Position numbers and translations under genes: made by a program
Assembly (NCBI GenBank): GCA_002104945.1
Contig: MCFH01000028.1
Coordinates: 310,001-374,000 of the forward strand
Length of the DNA: 64,000 nt
Source of the DNA: Piromyces finnis finn
Lineage: Eukaryota; Fungi; Neocallimastigomycota
Direction: 5' to 3'
In this document: in pieces, positions 29,232-42,713 of the stretch
Layout: each line of letters begins with the position of its first letter
How positions within the stretch are numbered: position 1 is the first letter of the stretch
The notes under the pieces: generated by a model
What the model was told of the DNA's origin: nothing
What the model saw: the letters and a program-made list of their open reading frames with translations, nothing else
The model's database searches: none

Positions 29232-31922
29232 TTACTCTTCATTAACATTTGATTGAATTGCTTCAATAACTGCACGGAAAAACCGTTTAAATTCAATTGG
29301 ATCACCCTAAAATTTTGAAATATATAATATATTAATAAAAGTATTTAAATAATTAAATATATATATAACTATAATTGTTTTCTTACTTTTGATTTCTTGA
29401 ACGTTACTAATTTTAAATTGTGATCAACATATTGAATTCTAATTGCGCCATTTAATGGACATTTTCTTTTATCAACAGTACTAAAACTTATCTATTTTAT
29501 TAAATTTAATAAATATAAATAATTATTTTTTGAATATTAATATATTTAAATTGTTTGATTATTTTATATAAAAATTGATTTTATAAATATTACTTTAAAT
29601 GATTGAAGTTGTGCTTTATACGGAACTAAAAATCCATCCAATACTTCCTTCATTTTACCGAAAATAATTTTTGGATCATCATAGGTATAAAAGTGTGTTA
29701 ATCTTTCAGCTGGGAAAAGTAGTGATTGTGATTGTGAAAATGATATTGATTGGGATTGGGACTTTAAAATATTTTTATAAAGAGTTAAAAAATATTAGTT
29801 ATTTAAAATCTTCCTTTTATATATAAGATAATAATTATGAAAATATGATTATGACAATTACATATTTAAATATATCATCATTCGGTATATAATTAATAGG
29901 TTGTGAAAATGACATTATATTTTGATCATTATAATTATACTGCGTGTCATCTATACTTTTTTGAAGATTTTCTGGTTGTGAATACGATAATATACCAGAC
30001 GATTGATTAGCCTCTAAATCGGGTTGTAAATTAACTTCTTGCTGAGACTCTAATGGTTCCATAATCTTTATTTCACCTGCCATTGTTAATTTCTTAACTA
30101 ATCTTTCTGCTAATTTATTTGGATTATTGCATTTTCCTTTATATATAAAGATTTTTATAGTTAAATTCATGTAAAAAAAAAAAACATTGATAAACGATTT
30201 ATTTATATATAGAAATTTACCATTTGTAATCATTTCATTTTTTCTAATTTTTCAATATTAAATTTACAAAAATATTATTAGTAATTAACATCCATAATAT
30301 TAATGCTTTTTTAAGTTTATAGCCTTTTTTATATTACCTTGTAAACCATGGATCTTTTTTGATATCTTCAATTGTATACCTTTTATTAGGCTCTATAGTT
30401 AAAACACCTTTTATTAAACCTTTTTATTATTGGTATATAAATTAATCTTATTTGAAGCATTTAATTTTATTTATACATTATAAAATTATCAAAATTTACT
30501 TAATACGGGTTTTGAAAATGTATTCCATGGTTCATAATCTAAACTTGGGTGTGATATAAATGCTACAAATTCCTCTGATCTTGGAGTTGGTTCATCCCAT
30601 GGTGTATCTTTTATATTTATTATTAGGTACATTTACATAATATTTTTATAATTAGAAAAGATTCGTATTGTTGAATATTTAATACTTTATAAATTTTATT
30701 TGATTTTAATTCATACTTCCAGCTAATAATGCAAATAAAATGATTCCTGATGACCAAATATCGACCGGAGGACCCTCATAATCCATACAATGTATCTTTC
30801 AAAATATAAAGATTTTTATATGAATATTAACAATTTTTTTAAAAAAAAACAAAAAAACAAAAAAAACATTACTTCATTAGTCTTTACTTAGTCTTTACCT
30901 CTGGTGCAACATATGGTGGTGTACCACAAGCACTAGTTAATCTTCTTGTAACACCTTTATATTTGAATAATGTTGCTAAGCCAAAATCTGATATTTTTAA
31001 ATTGCCTTTGTTTATATAATCATAAATAAGTAAAAATTATTAAAATATTTTAAATAATTACTATTATTATTATATTGTTATTTTATCTACCATTAGCGTC
31101 TATTAATATATTTTCTGGTTTTAAATCTCTATGGGCAATACCTCTAGAATGTAAATATTCCTATTATAAAATATTTAAAAATTTTATTTTTAATTAAGAT
31201 TTATTTATATTTTTTTTTTTTTTTTTTTTACAAATAAAGTATCTTTATTTACCATTCCTGAAACTAATTGCTTATAATAAAAATGTGCTAAATCTTCTTC
31301 TAAACCATAATCAGCAGCTATTAGTATTATTTTATTAATATTAATATGCAATAAGAGAGAAATATTAATTTTATTTCCAAAAATTTATTTCAAAAATTAA
31401 CATTTTTCTTGGATTTACCTATTTTATCGAATAATTCGCCACCGGCTGCATATTCCATCATCATATAAACAAAATTTTTATCTTCAACTGCTCTCATTAA
31501 TTTAATTATATTTTCATGATGGAGACATTGATGAAGTGCAATTTCTCTTTCTAAATTTTTTCTTGCTTTAGTATTTTGTTTTGAAATTATTTTTACTGCA
31601 ATTATTTCCCCATTTTCTGAATTTACAGCTATTTTTACTCTTATTGAATTATTATATTTTAATTTAATTTTTGATAATTATTAATAAAAATTTCTATCAA
31701 TATATTATATAAAATAATACTAATATTAATTTCATCTTACTTTCCATTTGAACCTATGTATATTTAAAGTCAATTATGGAATTTATATCATAATTAATAT
31801 AAATATTATTTAGAATATAATAATTACTTATTAATCTTTTGATAACATTATTTACCTTCACCAATAGTTTCTTTTAATATATAGCCAGATACATTTTTTT
31901 GGATTATTTGTGAAGAAAGCAT
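29232..31922 (-). CDS. CHK1: Checkpoint Ser/Thr kinase Chk1, multi-exon
   Basis: Kinase motifs: [67 protein letters not shown]. The Chk1-type C-terminal domain has [18 protein letters not shown] and [10 protein letters not shown]. Confidence 0.9.
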
Positions 31923-32635
31923 ATTAATTAATTAACTAATTAAATAATTGAATAATTAAATATTTTATATTTTTTAAAATAGACTTTCGACTCTATACTT
32001 TTTATATAATTTGAATTGTGAAATTCTTTTAAAATTGAATTTATGTCTTTTTGAATAAAAAAAAAAAGTTGAATAATCTTAATTTCAATGTTTTGATAAT
32101 TATTGATAATAGACTTTAGATATTTATAATTTGTAATTATTTTAATGTTGAAAAATAATTTTTTAATAGTTCAATAAATTTTAAAAAAACATAATGAAAA
32201 CTTAGTGTTTTAGATACAATATTTTATTTATATTTTCGATAACGTTTCAATAATAATAAAACTACTATCCATTTATAAACATTGAATAGGTTCGTTTTTC
32301 AAGGACACTATTTAAATTAATATGAATTTGAAAATTATAAATTTAGATGAATAATAATAAATAATTATTGGTTATTAATTATTTTTATTAATAACCAATA
32401 ATTTACAATACTATATGAAATATATATATTGATATTTATGTTAAAATTCATTAAATAAATGCAAAGAATATTTTATACACGTGTATATCAAAAGATATTT
32501 TAAATTTTTTTATTGGGTTAATATTTTAAAAAAATTAGCCAATCAAAAGGAGGATATATAAATTTAATTTTTTTTGAAAAATTACTTTTTTTTTTTCTTT
32601 TCGTAACAATATTTATATATATTTTAATTTGAAAT

Positions 32636-34879
32636 ATGGGTAGAAGAGTAAAAATTTATTTTATTTTTTAAAATTTTAAAAATATATATATATATATATA
32701 ATAATTTATGAATAATGAAAATGAAATTAAATATATAAAAGTATTTTCATTAAATTTAATTGAAAATAATATATCTTTGTTTATATGACAGTATAAATTA
32801 ATAAGAAGTACGAATAAATATTTCAATAATAAAAATGTTAAAAAAAAAAAAAAAATTAAAATTTAATTCTAAAATTTTAAAAAGAAAAATGCATTTAATA
32901 AAAAATAATTTTTAATAAATATTTTTTTCCAGTTGACATTTAATTTAATATAATAAATGATTTTGATGCAATAATATTTATGGAAGTCACACTTCAAAAA
33001 TTATATATAAATTACTGATTAAACATATATTAAATATAATAACAAATATAATAATAAAAGATTTATTTGATAAAAGCAAAAATAATAATAATATATTAAT
33101 TATAATAAAATTTAAATTATAAAATAGAGAAAAAGAAGAACTCATGTACCAATCGATGATGAAAAGGTTCCAAGATCATTTGTCATTCGTTCTGGTGTTG
33201 TAGGTAGAGCAGTTAGTTATTTAGTTAGAGATGTTCGTAAAGTTATGGAACCAAATACTGCTGTAAAATTAAGAGTAAGTTTTTTTAAAACAAAAAATTA
33301 AAAATTTAAAATTTAATTTTAAATTCTTTAATAATTAGAAATGATTTTATAATTTGAAATGTAAAAATTAAATTACATATATATTTTTTAATTTTAATTT
33401 CAAAAACAGGAAAGAAAAACAAATAAATTAAAAGATTTTGTTCAAGTTGCAGGACACTATGGTGTAACACATTTTTTAATTTTCTCACAAACAAAAGTTG
33501 GTACAAATTTAAGAATAGCTCGTACCCCACGAGGTCCAACATTAACTTTTAGAATCAATCAATATTCAACAATAAAAGATGTATTATCATTACAAACAAA
33601 TCCAAGATCTAAAGGAACAGAATACAAAAACCCACCACTTGTAAATTTTTAACTTATAGTAATATAACTTTTTTTAAATAAAAAGATGATAAAAATTTTA
33701 ATAAATTTATTATTTTATTTAATATAAAAAATATAATATCAACCTATCAATACTCGAAAACAATATAAAATAATCTAAATAGCTTGTATTAAATAATTTT
33801 GGGGATAACGATAAGCATATGAAATTAATGACAGCTATGTTCCAAAATTTATTCCCACCTATTAATGTTCAAACTGTATGAATTTGAAAAATAAACTGTT
33901 ATACTTATTAAATTTAATAATAACTATAAGAAGAATTTATATTAATATTTTAATACAATACAATATTAATTAAAATAAATACCATTTATAGATGAAATTA
34001 GGGGAAGCCAAAAGAGTTTTATTATTAAATTATGATAGTGAAACAGATAGAATAGATTTCCGTCATTATTATATAGGAATTAAAATTACCGGAGTAAATA
34101 AATCTATAAAAAGAATTATTCAAACTGAAGTACCTAATTTAAATAAATTTGACGATATTAGTGAATATATTTTAAGGTAAAATATTAAAAGTTTTATACT
34201 TAACGAAAGAATAAAAACATTAATTTTATATGAAAAAAATTATATATAATAAAAATTGTAGAGAAGCACATGCTTCAGAATCAGATATTGAAGATGGACC
34301 AGATTCTACCATTGTTATACCACAAAAATTAAATAGAAATCAAAGAACAGAACAAAGAGCTGTACGTTTAACTGAAATTGGACCAAGAATGACATTACAA
34401 TTAACAAAAATTCAAAATGGCTTTTGTGATGGTTCTATTATATACCATAGATTCAGTAAGTATTACAGGAATAAATTGTATGTAGTATTATTAAAATGAC
34501 CAAAAGTAAATTTTAACATAAAATATTTAATTAAAATACAGTTAAGAAAACAAAGGAAGAAGAAAAACAAATAGAAAAGCTTCATAATCAAAAAATAAAG
34601 GAAAAGGAAAAGCGTCGTAAGGAACAAGAAGATAATATTAAACGTAAGCAAGAAGAAAAGGAAAGAATTGCTAATAATAATAGAAAAATGCAAAGAGACT
34701 TATTAAAAGCCAAGTTAGCTCAACAAAAAGCAGAAAGTCAACAAAATGAAAATGACGATAATATAGAGGAAGATGAAGATGATGAAGATGATAACATAAA
34801 TGATGTTGAATTAATTGGCGATGATGAAGAATTAGAATCTGAAGAAGAAGAAGATGATGATGAAATGGATGAAGATTAA
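32636..34879 (+). CDS. SSF1: Brix-domain 60S biogenesis protein Ssf1/Peter Pan, multi-exon
   Basis: A probable 12-nt first exon (MGRR|gt) is followed by RKRRTH..VPRSFVIRSG..VRDVRKVMEPNTAVKLR, ERKTNKLKDF, IARTPRGPTLTF, IDFRHYYI and AVRLTEIGPRMTLQL, then an acidic tail. The first exon is less certain than the rest. Confidence 0.92.
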
Positions 34880-36640
34880 ACAATGAAATTAAAATGTTAA
34901 TTAGATTTCCATTTATTTATTATATCCATTAATTTAACAATTAAAATTTCTTAAAAGTTTAAAAATAAATATTTAATTAATCAAACAAGCCATTATAACT
35001 AATTTTTAATTAGACTTTAAAAAAATACAATTTATTTTTATAAAACAAAATTCATATTAACTAATTAGCTAAAAATTCTTTTATGTTTTATAATATTAAA
35101 ATAAGCACATAGAATATACAATATATTTTAATAATTATAATTTATTTAATACACCATCGTATTTAATATACAAATAAAAAAAATATATATAAGAATAAAT
35201 ATAAATATTTTTAATAATTAAAAAGATAAATATATTTTTTTTATTTTTTGATATATAAATAAATTTACATTTTTATCGTAAAAAGTTCATTATGAAAAGG
35301 TTATTATTTTTATATATTATATATAATATATTATATCTATTATTATCTTTTGTTGTTAAATAAAAAATAACGGTTAAAATATTTAATATTTTCTTTTTAT
35401 ATTTTTTGATGACATTTTTCTTTTAAAAAAAAAAAAAAAGAGAGAGAGAAAATAAATATTAAATAGAGTAAATTGAATCAAATGAAAGGTTGAATATAAA
35501 TAATAATTTAATTTTAATTATATTTTAAAAGATATTTTTAAATTTTTTGTATAATTAATGCAAGATTAATTTTATTTTTAAAGACAAACTTTAATTCATA
35601 ATTAAAATAAAATAATTAATTATTATAATTCTAAATTATAGGAAAAATATATAGGTATATAATTATAGTATATTATGAAAATGTACAAGAAATAATCTCG
35701 GTTCAATAGAAAAAAGATAATACAAATATCATCAATTATTTTTAATTATCATTAATAAATGTAATTTTTTTATAATTATTTATTTTATGGTAATATTAAT
35801 TATTATAATAATTTAAAATAGGTAATATATATAACTATATAGTATAATCAAACAATAAATAATTAATTCAATAGAGAAAAAAAAAAAAAAAATACTAAAT
35901 AATTATTATAAATCATAAATTATAAATAATTATAATAATTATTATTAATCAAATATATTTAGTATTCTTTATATATTATATATATATAATTTTTTCTTTA
36001 TTTTGATTTACCTTTTATATATATATACAAAATTTTTATATTAATAAATATTAACATTAAAAGATGAATATTAAAATCTGATGCTATATATAATTTTTCT
36101 ATCTAGCAGCTTATAAAATATTAGTACAATAAGGCATTTCTATTTGTTTACTTGATTGATAATAATAATAAAATATAACTTTTATTATTTATGGATACTT
36201 CAATTAGATATTAATATCAGATAAAGTAATAATAAAGATCGACTTTGAAATTATAATAATATCAAGTGTATAGAAATAATATTTAACTAATTAACAGGAA
36301 TATCTTAGATGTAAATATATAATTTCAATGATATGATAGCAGGATTGTTAAACTATTAATAAATTTATTTATTCTATAGAATTAATAATTTAAATACAAA
36401 AAGAATAAGATAATTTACTAATTACTATCGTCAAGCAATATTATATATATGTTACAATAACGATTCATTATAAAACTATAAATTACATATTGAAATTAAT
36501 TTTATTCTTTTTTTATATTGAAATTAATTAAATATTATGAAAGGCATTCTTAATAGAAATTACATTATTAAAAAATATATATTCAACATCAAAAAAAAAA
36601 AACCAATATTTCTTTAGTTTAAAACTTTCATATTAATTCA

Positions 36641-39532
36641 ATGAAAAAAAGAGCTTCATTGAGTATTAGTCCTATAAAATTCTCAAATTCAAAAAAGATA
36701 CTGAAATCTTTAAAGGTTCAAAACTATTTTTAATTAAAAAAAAATAATATTTTTATTCTATATCAATCTTCTTTAAAGAAAAAAAAAATAATAGAGTTAA
36801 AAGTTAATTGAGAAATAATGATAAATAATATTAATTATTTGTATTATATATTTCACTTTTATACAAAAATACATTTTTCAATAAATATTTTTATCGTTTA
36901 CTAATCACTACTAAGGAACACGAAAATGATGAAGAATTACCAGATATACAAAATTTAAAAATTGATACATCGAATATCAATTCTGATAATCAGATACCCA
37001 ACAATAAAGTATATAATAAAACGCTATCGTCTTCAATATTAAGTGTAATGCTTTCTATATACTTAAATCATAAAATTGTTAGAAATATAAAAATAAAATT
37101 TGTTAACAAGTTGTATTATAAATATAATTATATAAAATATATATATATAATATGTTTTAAATCAAAATAAAAAAAAATAATAACAACAATAATAGGATGA
37201 TTCAAATCATGATATTAAATTTAAAAATTCAAAATATGGTAAAAAAAGCAATACATTACCCATTATAAATTCATCACATTCAATTAAAAAGAGACTTTCT
37301 GAAATAAATGATAAAGATAAAAGAAAGGTATAATCATATCATACATAGTTTTATGAATAATTTTATAATATAGAATATAAGAAAAATAAAGTATTGCAAT
37401 AGATATTAATTTTATAAATGAAAACATCGTAATTATTTATAAATATATTGATGTTAAATAAAAACAATAATATTAAAAGTCAATAAATGAAATACAGGTA
37501 GATATTGTTTTAATGAATCATTTTAATAATTTTATCTATTATATATAATAGTTTCTAATTATAATATAAATTGAAAAAGGAATTATTTCGAAATACAAAT
37601 GTTGTTACCAGAACAAATTTGGATGACTGTTTGAGTTCACCCAATATTTCTGATGTGGTACAACTAACAAAAAAAAACAATATTAAATATATTTCTATTT
37701 ACATTATTTTTATTAAAATATAATAACATATATAATAATAATAAAAGAATATCGATGTATTTGAGGTTGATCCCAAAGAAATAGCGGTATAAGATAAAAC
37801 TTTTATTATTATTTTTTAATTAATAAAATAAAATTATTAATCAAAACATTCATTTTATAATATATTATTACAGAGACAAATGTGTTTGATGAATGCAAAA
37901 ATATTTAAAAAAATTACTCAAAATGAATTACTATCTTTAGCATGGAATAAACCAAATAAAAGGATAAAAACTCCTAACATTGTATTAATGACAGAACAAT
38001 TTAATAAGGTCTAAAATTCTATCATTTAATATGCCATATATAGTGAAATAATAATTGAACTATCTTTATTAACTTATTTATATATATCTATATATTATTT
38101 TATTCTATTTTAAATAAATTATATGGAATTAAAATAACTACTAATGATTTTTATGAACATGATACTTGATAAATATAATATATAGATTACATTATGGGTT
38201 AGTAATGATATATTATCATCATCACTACCTTCAGAAAGAACTCAGAAAATATCAAGATACATATATATAGAAAAAGTATGTTTTTTTTTTTTTTTTAGGA
38301 AGGTCAATTAAAAAATATATAAAAATAACAATTATTACCTCAATATGTATATAAATTAATTAATACAATGTAAATATTCAAATATATGTAAATGCAAATT
38401 TTAATAAATCAACACTTTTTTGTTTTTTTAATTAAAATATAAAAAAAGGCATGTTTAAAAAATAATGATTTTCATAGTTTAAAAAGTATAATATCAGCAT
38501 TAGAATCTACACCAATTCATAGATTAGAAAAAACTTGGATGGTAAATAATTAATATAAAAAAGAAAAAAACTAATAATAATTTTTTATTATATGCTATTA
38601 ATATTAATAACTTATTAAAATATAATAAAAAAAAATATTACTAAAAAAAGCTTCTACCTAAAAAAGAAAAAGCGAAACATAAAAAGTATGCAACGTTAAT
38701 GTCGATGGAAAGAAACTCAGAAGAATATAGAAAATATTTACAAGAATGCAAAGGTGCAAAAATACCATATTTAGGTAACATATATCATAAATAAAAATAT
38801 TGCTTTTAATATAATATAATATAAAATATATTGAATTTGCTACTAATATTATACAACTAACATCTTTTTTTTTCCAAAACTTTCATTGGTTATATACTAT
38901 TTTAAATAAAGGTTTATATTTAAGCGATATAACATATTTATTTGAAGCCATTGAAAAAGAAAAGACATTATCACAAGTAAAATTAGAACAAAAACTAAAA
39001 GTAAATATCAATAACATATTTAATAAATAAATATATTTTATTATTATAACAGAACAAAATAATTATAGTAATAAAAAAATGGATTCACAAAATTTTTCAA
39101 ACTCATAACTTATGTATTAAATTGTAATTTAAATATAAATATACAGTTGGATAAATTATTAAATGAATTTGAAGAATTACAAAAAGGTGCAAATTATCAA
39201 TTTAATGAGATTACCTGGATACAAAATAAACTTAGTTCTGAAAAATTAATTAATGAAATTCAACATACCCAAGATGAACATTATTTAACCAGTATTCAAT
39301 TAGAACCTAAAAAAAGCAGTAATATAAAAAAGATAAAAATAATATTTTTATTTTATTTACATACGATATAATAACAAAATAAAAAAAAATTAACATATAT
39401 CTTTTTTTTTTTTTTTTTTTTTTTTTTTTGATCTTAGAAACTGATCAAGATTCTACAAATGAAAAACCAACACATAATATTTCAATGAAATCCGTCCTAA
39501 ATAAACTTATAAATAATCATCAAAAAGATTAA
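36641..39532 (+). CDS. RasGEF (CDC25-domain) guanine-nucleotide exchange factor, multi-exon; start tentative
   Basis: Exons give VDPKEIARQMCL..IFKKITQNEL..AWNK..KTPNIVLMTEQFNKITLWVSNDIL, NNDFHSLKSIISALESTPIHRLEKTW and IPYLGLYLSDITYL, which are CDC25-domain hallmarks. I recognised no REM domain in the upstream low-complexity exons. Confidence 0.85.
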
Positions 39533-39702
39533 TAATAAACTATCATACATTTAATGGATTATAATACTTATTTTACTACTATTGTAGTAATAATAATTTA
39601 AAATATATACACATATACAACTTTTAATTATTATCGTTTTAGTATTTTAACATAAACATAAAAAAAAATGACACCATTATACTAATACTATGTATACACT
39701 AT

Positions 39703-39737
<35 letters not shown>

Positions 39738-40254
39738 TTTCTTATTATTATCTAAAAAATATTATAAAGTTTTTTTATAAAAAATCTTATACAAATTAAG
39801 AACAATACTATATATTTAATATGTAAAATATACAGGCATTCTTTTTTATTATTAAACACAATATTGATATTGTATAGGATATGCTCATATTATAGTTATA
39901 AAATACTTATAATAATTCTAATAAATAATAATAATTATAAAATTTATAATTATTATATTAATATGAATATCATTGAAATAAAGAAAAAAATAATTTAATA
40001 AATATAAAAATATAAAAGTATTTTCTTACTTTTATAATTATTTATTTATTTTATATATATATATATTTATTGCTTTTTTGTTTTATTTTATTTATTTTTA
40101 TTTGTTTGTTTTTTTATTTTATTTTGATTTATATTACATTTTATTCTTTCTTTCAAGATAGGTGAAAGTAATAACATTTTATTTTATCATATTATTTATT
40201 TCTTTTTATATTTTATTCATTGATTTTGATAATATAATTATGATAGTTATTAAT

Positions 40255-41620
40255 TTATGCCATTTTTATTTTGGTAAATCTTTTGAACGCTATATATGTT
40301 GTATATCCTAATATTGAAACTAATATTACAAAACAAATTGGACAACCAAATTTCATTCTATCTGTGTATGTAAGGATAGTCTAAAAAAAAGTTAATAGAA
40401 AAAAAATTTATTAGAAAGAACTTTTTACCTTTTTTTTATTAATCATAGAATTTAATTTTAGGGGGAAAAAAAGAAAAAAAAAAAAAAAAAAATTTTATAC
40501 ATACTGCTAATGATGCCATTAAATGACCTATAAAAACCCAAGCAATTAATAATTTTTCTTTTTTCTCAAAAGCATTAAATGCTATAATAGACCATACAAT
40601 ATGTAATAACACAAAGATTGATGTAATTAAAGCTAATTAAATATAATCATATATGTATAAATTTATAATGTAAAAGAATATTAAATCAGAGTAAATAATA
40701 GGCATGAATAATATCTAATATATATTATAAATATACCAGCTATAAACGGCATAGGCATTGTAGGACAAGCTCCACATAAAATAGTACCAGGTTTTAATGA
40801 ATCTGCTAAAACAGTTGAATAGGATACAAGACCACTCATAACACCAAAACCAAGTCCACTAGCTATAAGAATGAAAGAAAAAAGTTCATTTTTTTTTTAA
40901 AATATAAGTATAAAATATGAATAAAGTACGAATTTATTTGTGAAAAATTAACAAATAAATGAAACAAACCAAATGAAAAATGATATTTATTTAATGGTGA
41001 TTTCGGTTTTTCTGACATTGCATTCAAACCTGCTTCAGCTTTACTATTATTTAAAATTAATTTATATGTATATTAATAATTTAAATATTATTGTATTTTT
41101 GAATAAATTTTCAATAAGCTTATTATCCATTATATAAAATATAATAATAATAATAATATATTTTAATAAATTATATAATATAATCAATTTACTTTAATAA
41201 TTTCCAGAATAACCATCTAAATAATTCTTGTGTAAATACACTCAATACAGAAATTAGCATAAGATAAATAATCCTTTTATAATAATCCTTATCACTATTG
41301 GCATTTTCTAGTTTTTCATATTTAAATACTAAATTAGCAATAAACCAATATATAGAAGATATTAAAATAGATATCAGCCAGAAAAATGCACTTTTTATCA
41401 TTTTAAATATATCCATAAAGTTTATTAGAAAAATTTTATTTTTAGTATTATATTTAAATCTATTTTATTATATGAAATATATACAATTCTTGAAAAAAAA
41501 AAAAAAAATCATTACACATTTAAATATACCTTGATACAACTAATATAACTAATTGTGCACTCCTCGATATGTATAATATAAATATTGTTATTGACGGACC
41601 ATATGCAATTAATAAATATG
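40255..41620 (-). CDS. APH1: Gamma-secretase subunit APH-1, multi-exon; first exon/ATG not located
   Basis: Spliced exons give LIAYGPS, SAFFWLISILISS, QELFRWLFWKLL, KAEAGL, ASGLGFGVMSG (TM4 GxxxG), LLHIVW and GHLMASL (the two conserved intramembrane His). All junctions from 41620 downward are in frame. Confidence 0.85.
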
Positions 41621-42713
41621 CTATTAATAGATAAAGTAAAAAAATATATATATATATATATATATTATAATTATTTTATTGTCATTATCATTATATTCAT
41701 AACTTTTTTTTTTTTTTACTTAAAATAGAGAAGGAAAATATATATGAAATGAAATATATATTTATATGCTACTGTTATAAATATATATGTATATACTGAT
41801 ATCACAAAAACAATTAATATACAAAATATTTAAAATAGTTCATATTTATTTGTTTGTTTATTTGTTTGTTTATTTGTTTGTTTATTTATTTACATTTATA
41901 TTTCTTTATTATTGTCTATTACTAATTTTTATTTTATCTTAACAATTAAAATTCTTTTTTATTACATTATAGTTTCTTTAATACAATTTATAATTTTTAT
42001 CTTTTATGTTTAATTAGATTTACTTTTTAAATAATACTTATATCATTAAAAATACATTAAAACAGAAAAAGTATATCTTCTATTTTATTAAAATACCTAG
42101 ATAAGATACAAAACCCATTTTTTTATAGATTTTTTTAATTGTTTCTATGTAACAAAAGTTTGCTATAAATAATAATATTTATTTAGAAATTATATACTCT
42201 TAAAATATAAATATGTAACTATTAAATATAATTATGTGGATTATCACATGATAATTTTATTTAAAACCATTTTTTTATTTTATTTTTATTGTTAATGTTA
42301 ATTCATTATAACTATTATAATAATTAAACAATTACATAATAAATAATAAAATTTTAAAAATAAAAATATAAAAAAAAAAAAAATACAATTGTATAAATAA
42401 AAGTATATTAACTTTTATTCTTTTAAATAGATAACGCTGTATTTTTAAATATGAATATATTATTATATAGCATATATTTTGTTAATTATTATTATTATAT
42501 TATTATTATGTTTACAATAAAAATGAATACTTTTAAATTAACTATTGTTATTATTAAAAGGTATTACTATAAAGTTGTATCATAATTCTTAAAATAGGTA
42601 CATCAAAATAAAATAAAAATAAAAACTACTATCAATATAATTTTATTAATATAGTAACTAATTACAAATTTTAACTACAATTTATTGTTAACAATTTTTC
42701 ATAATATCTAAAT

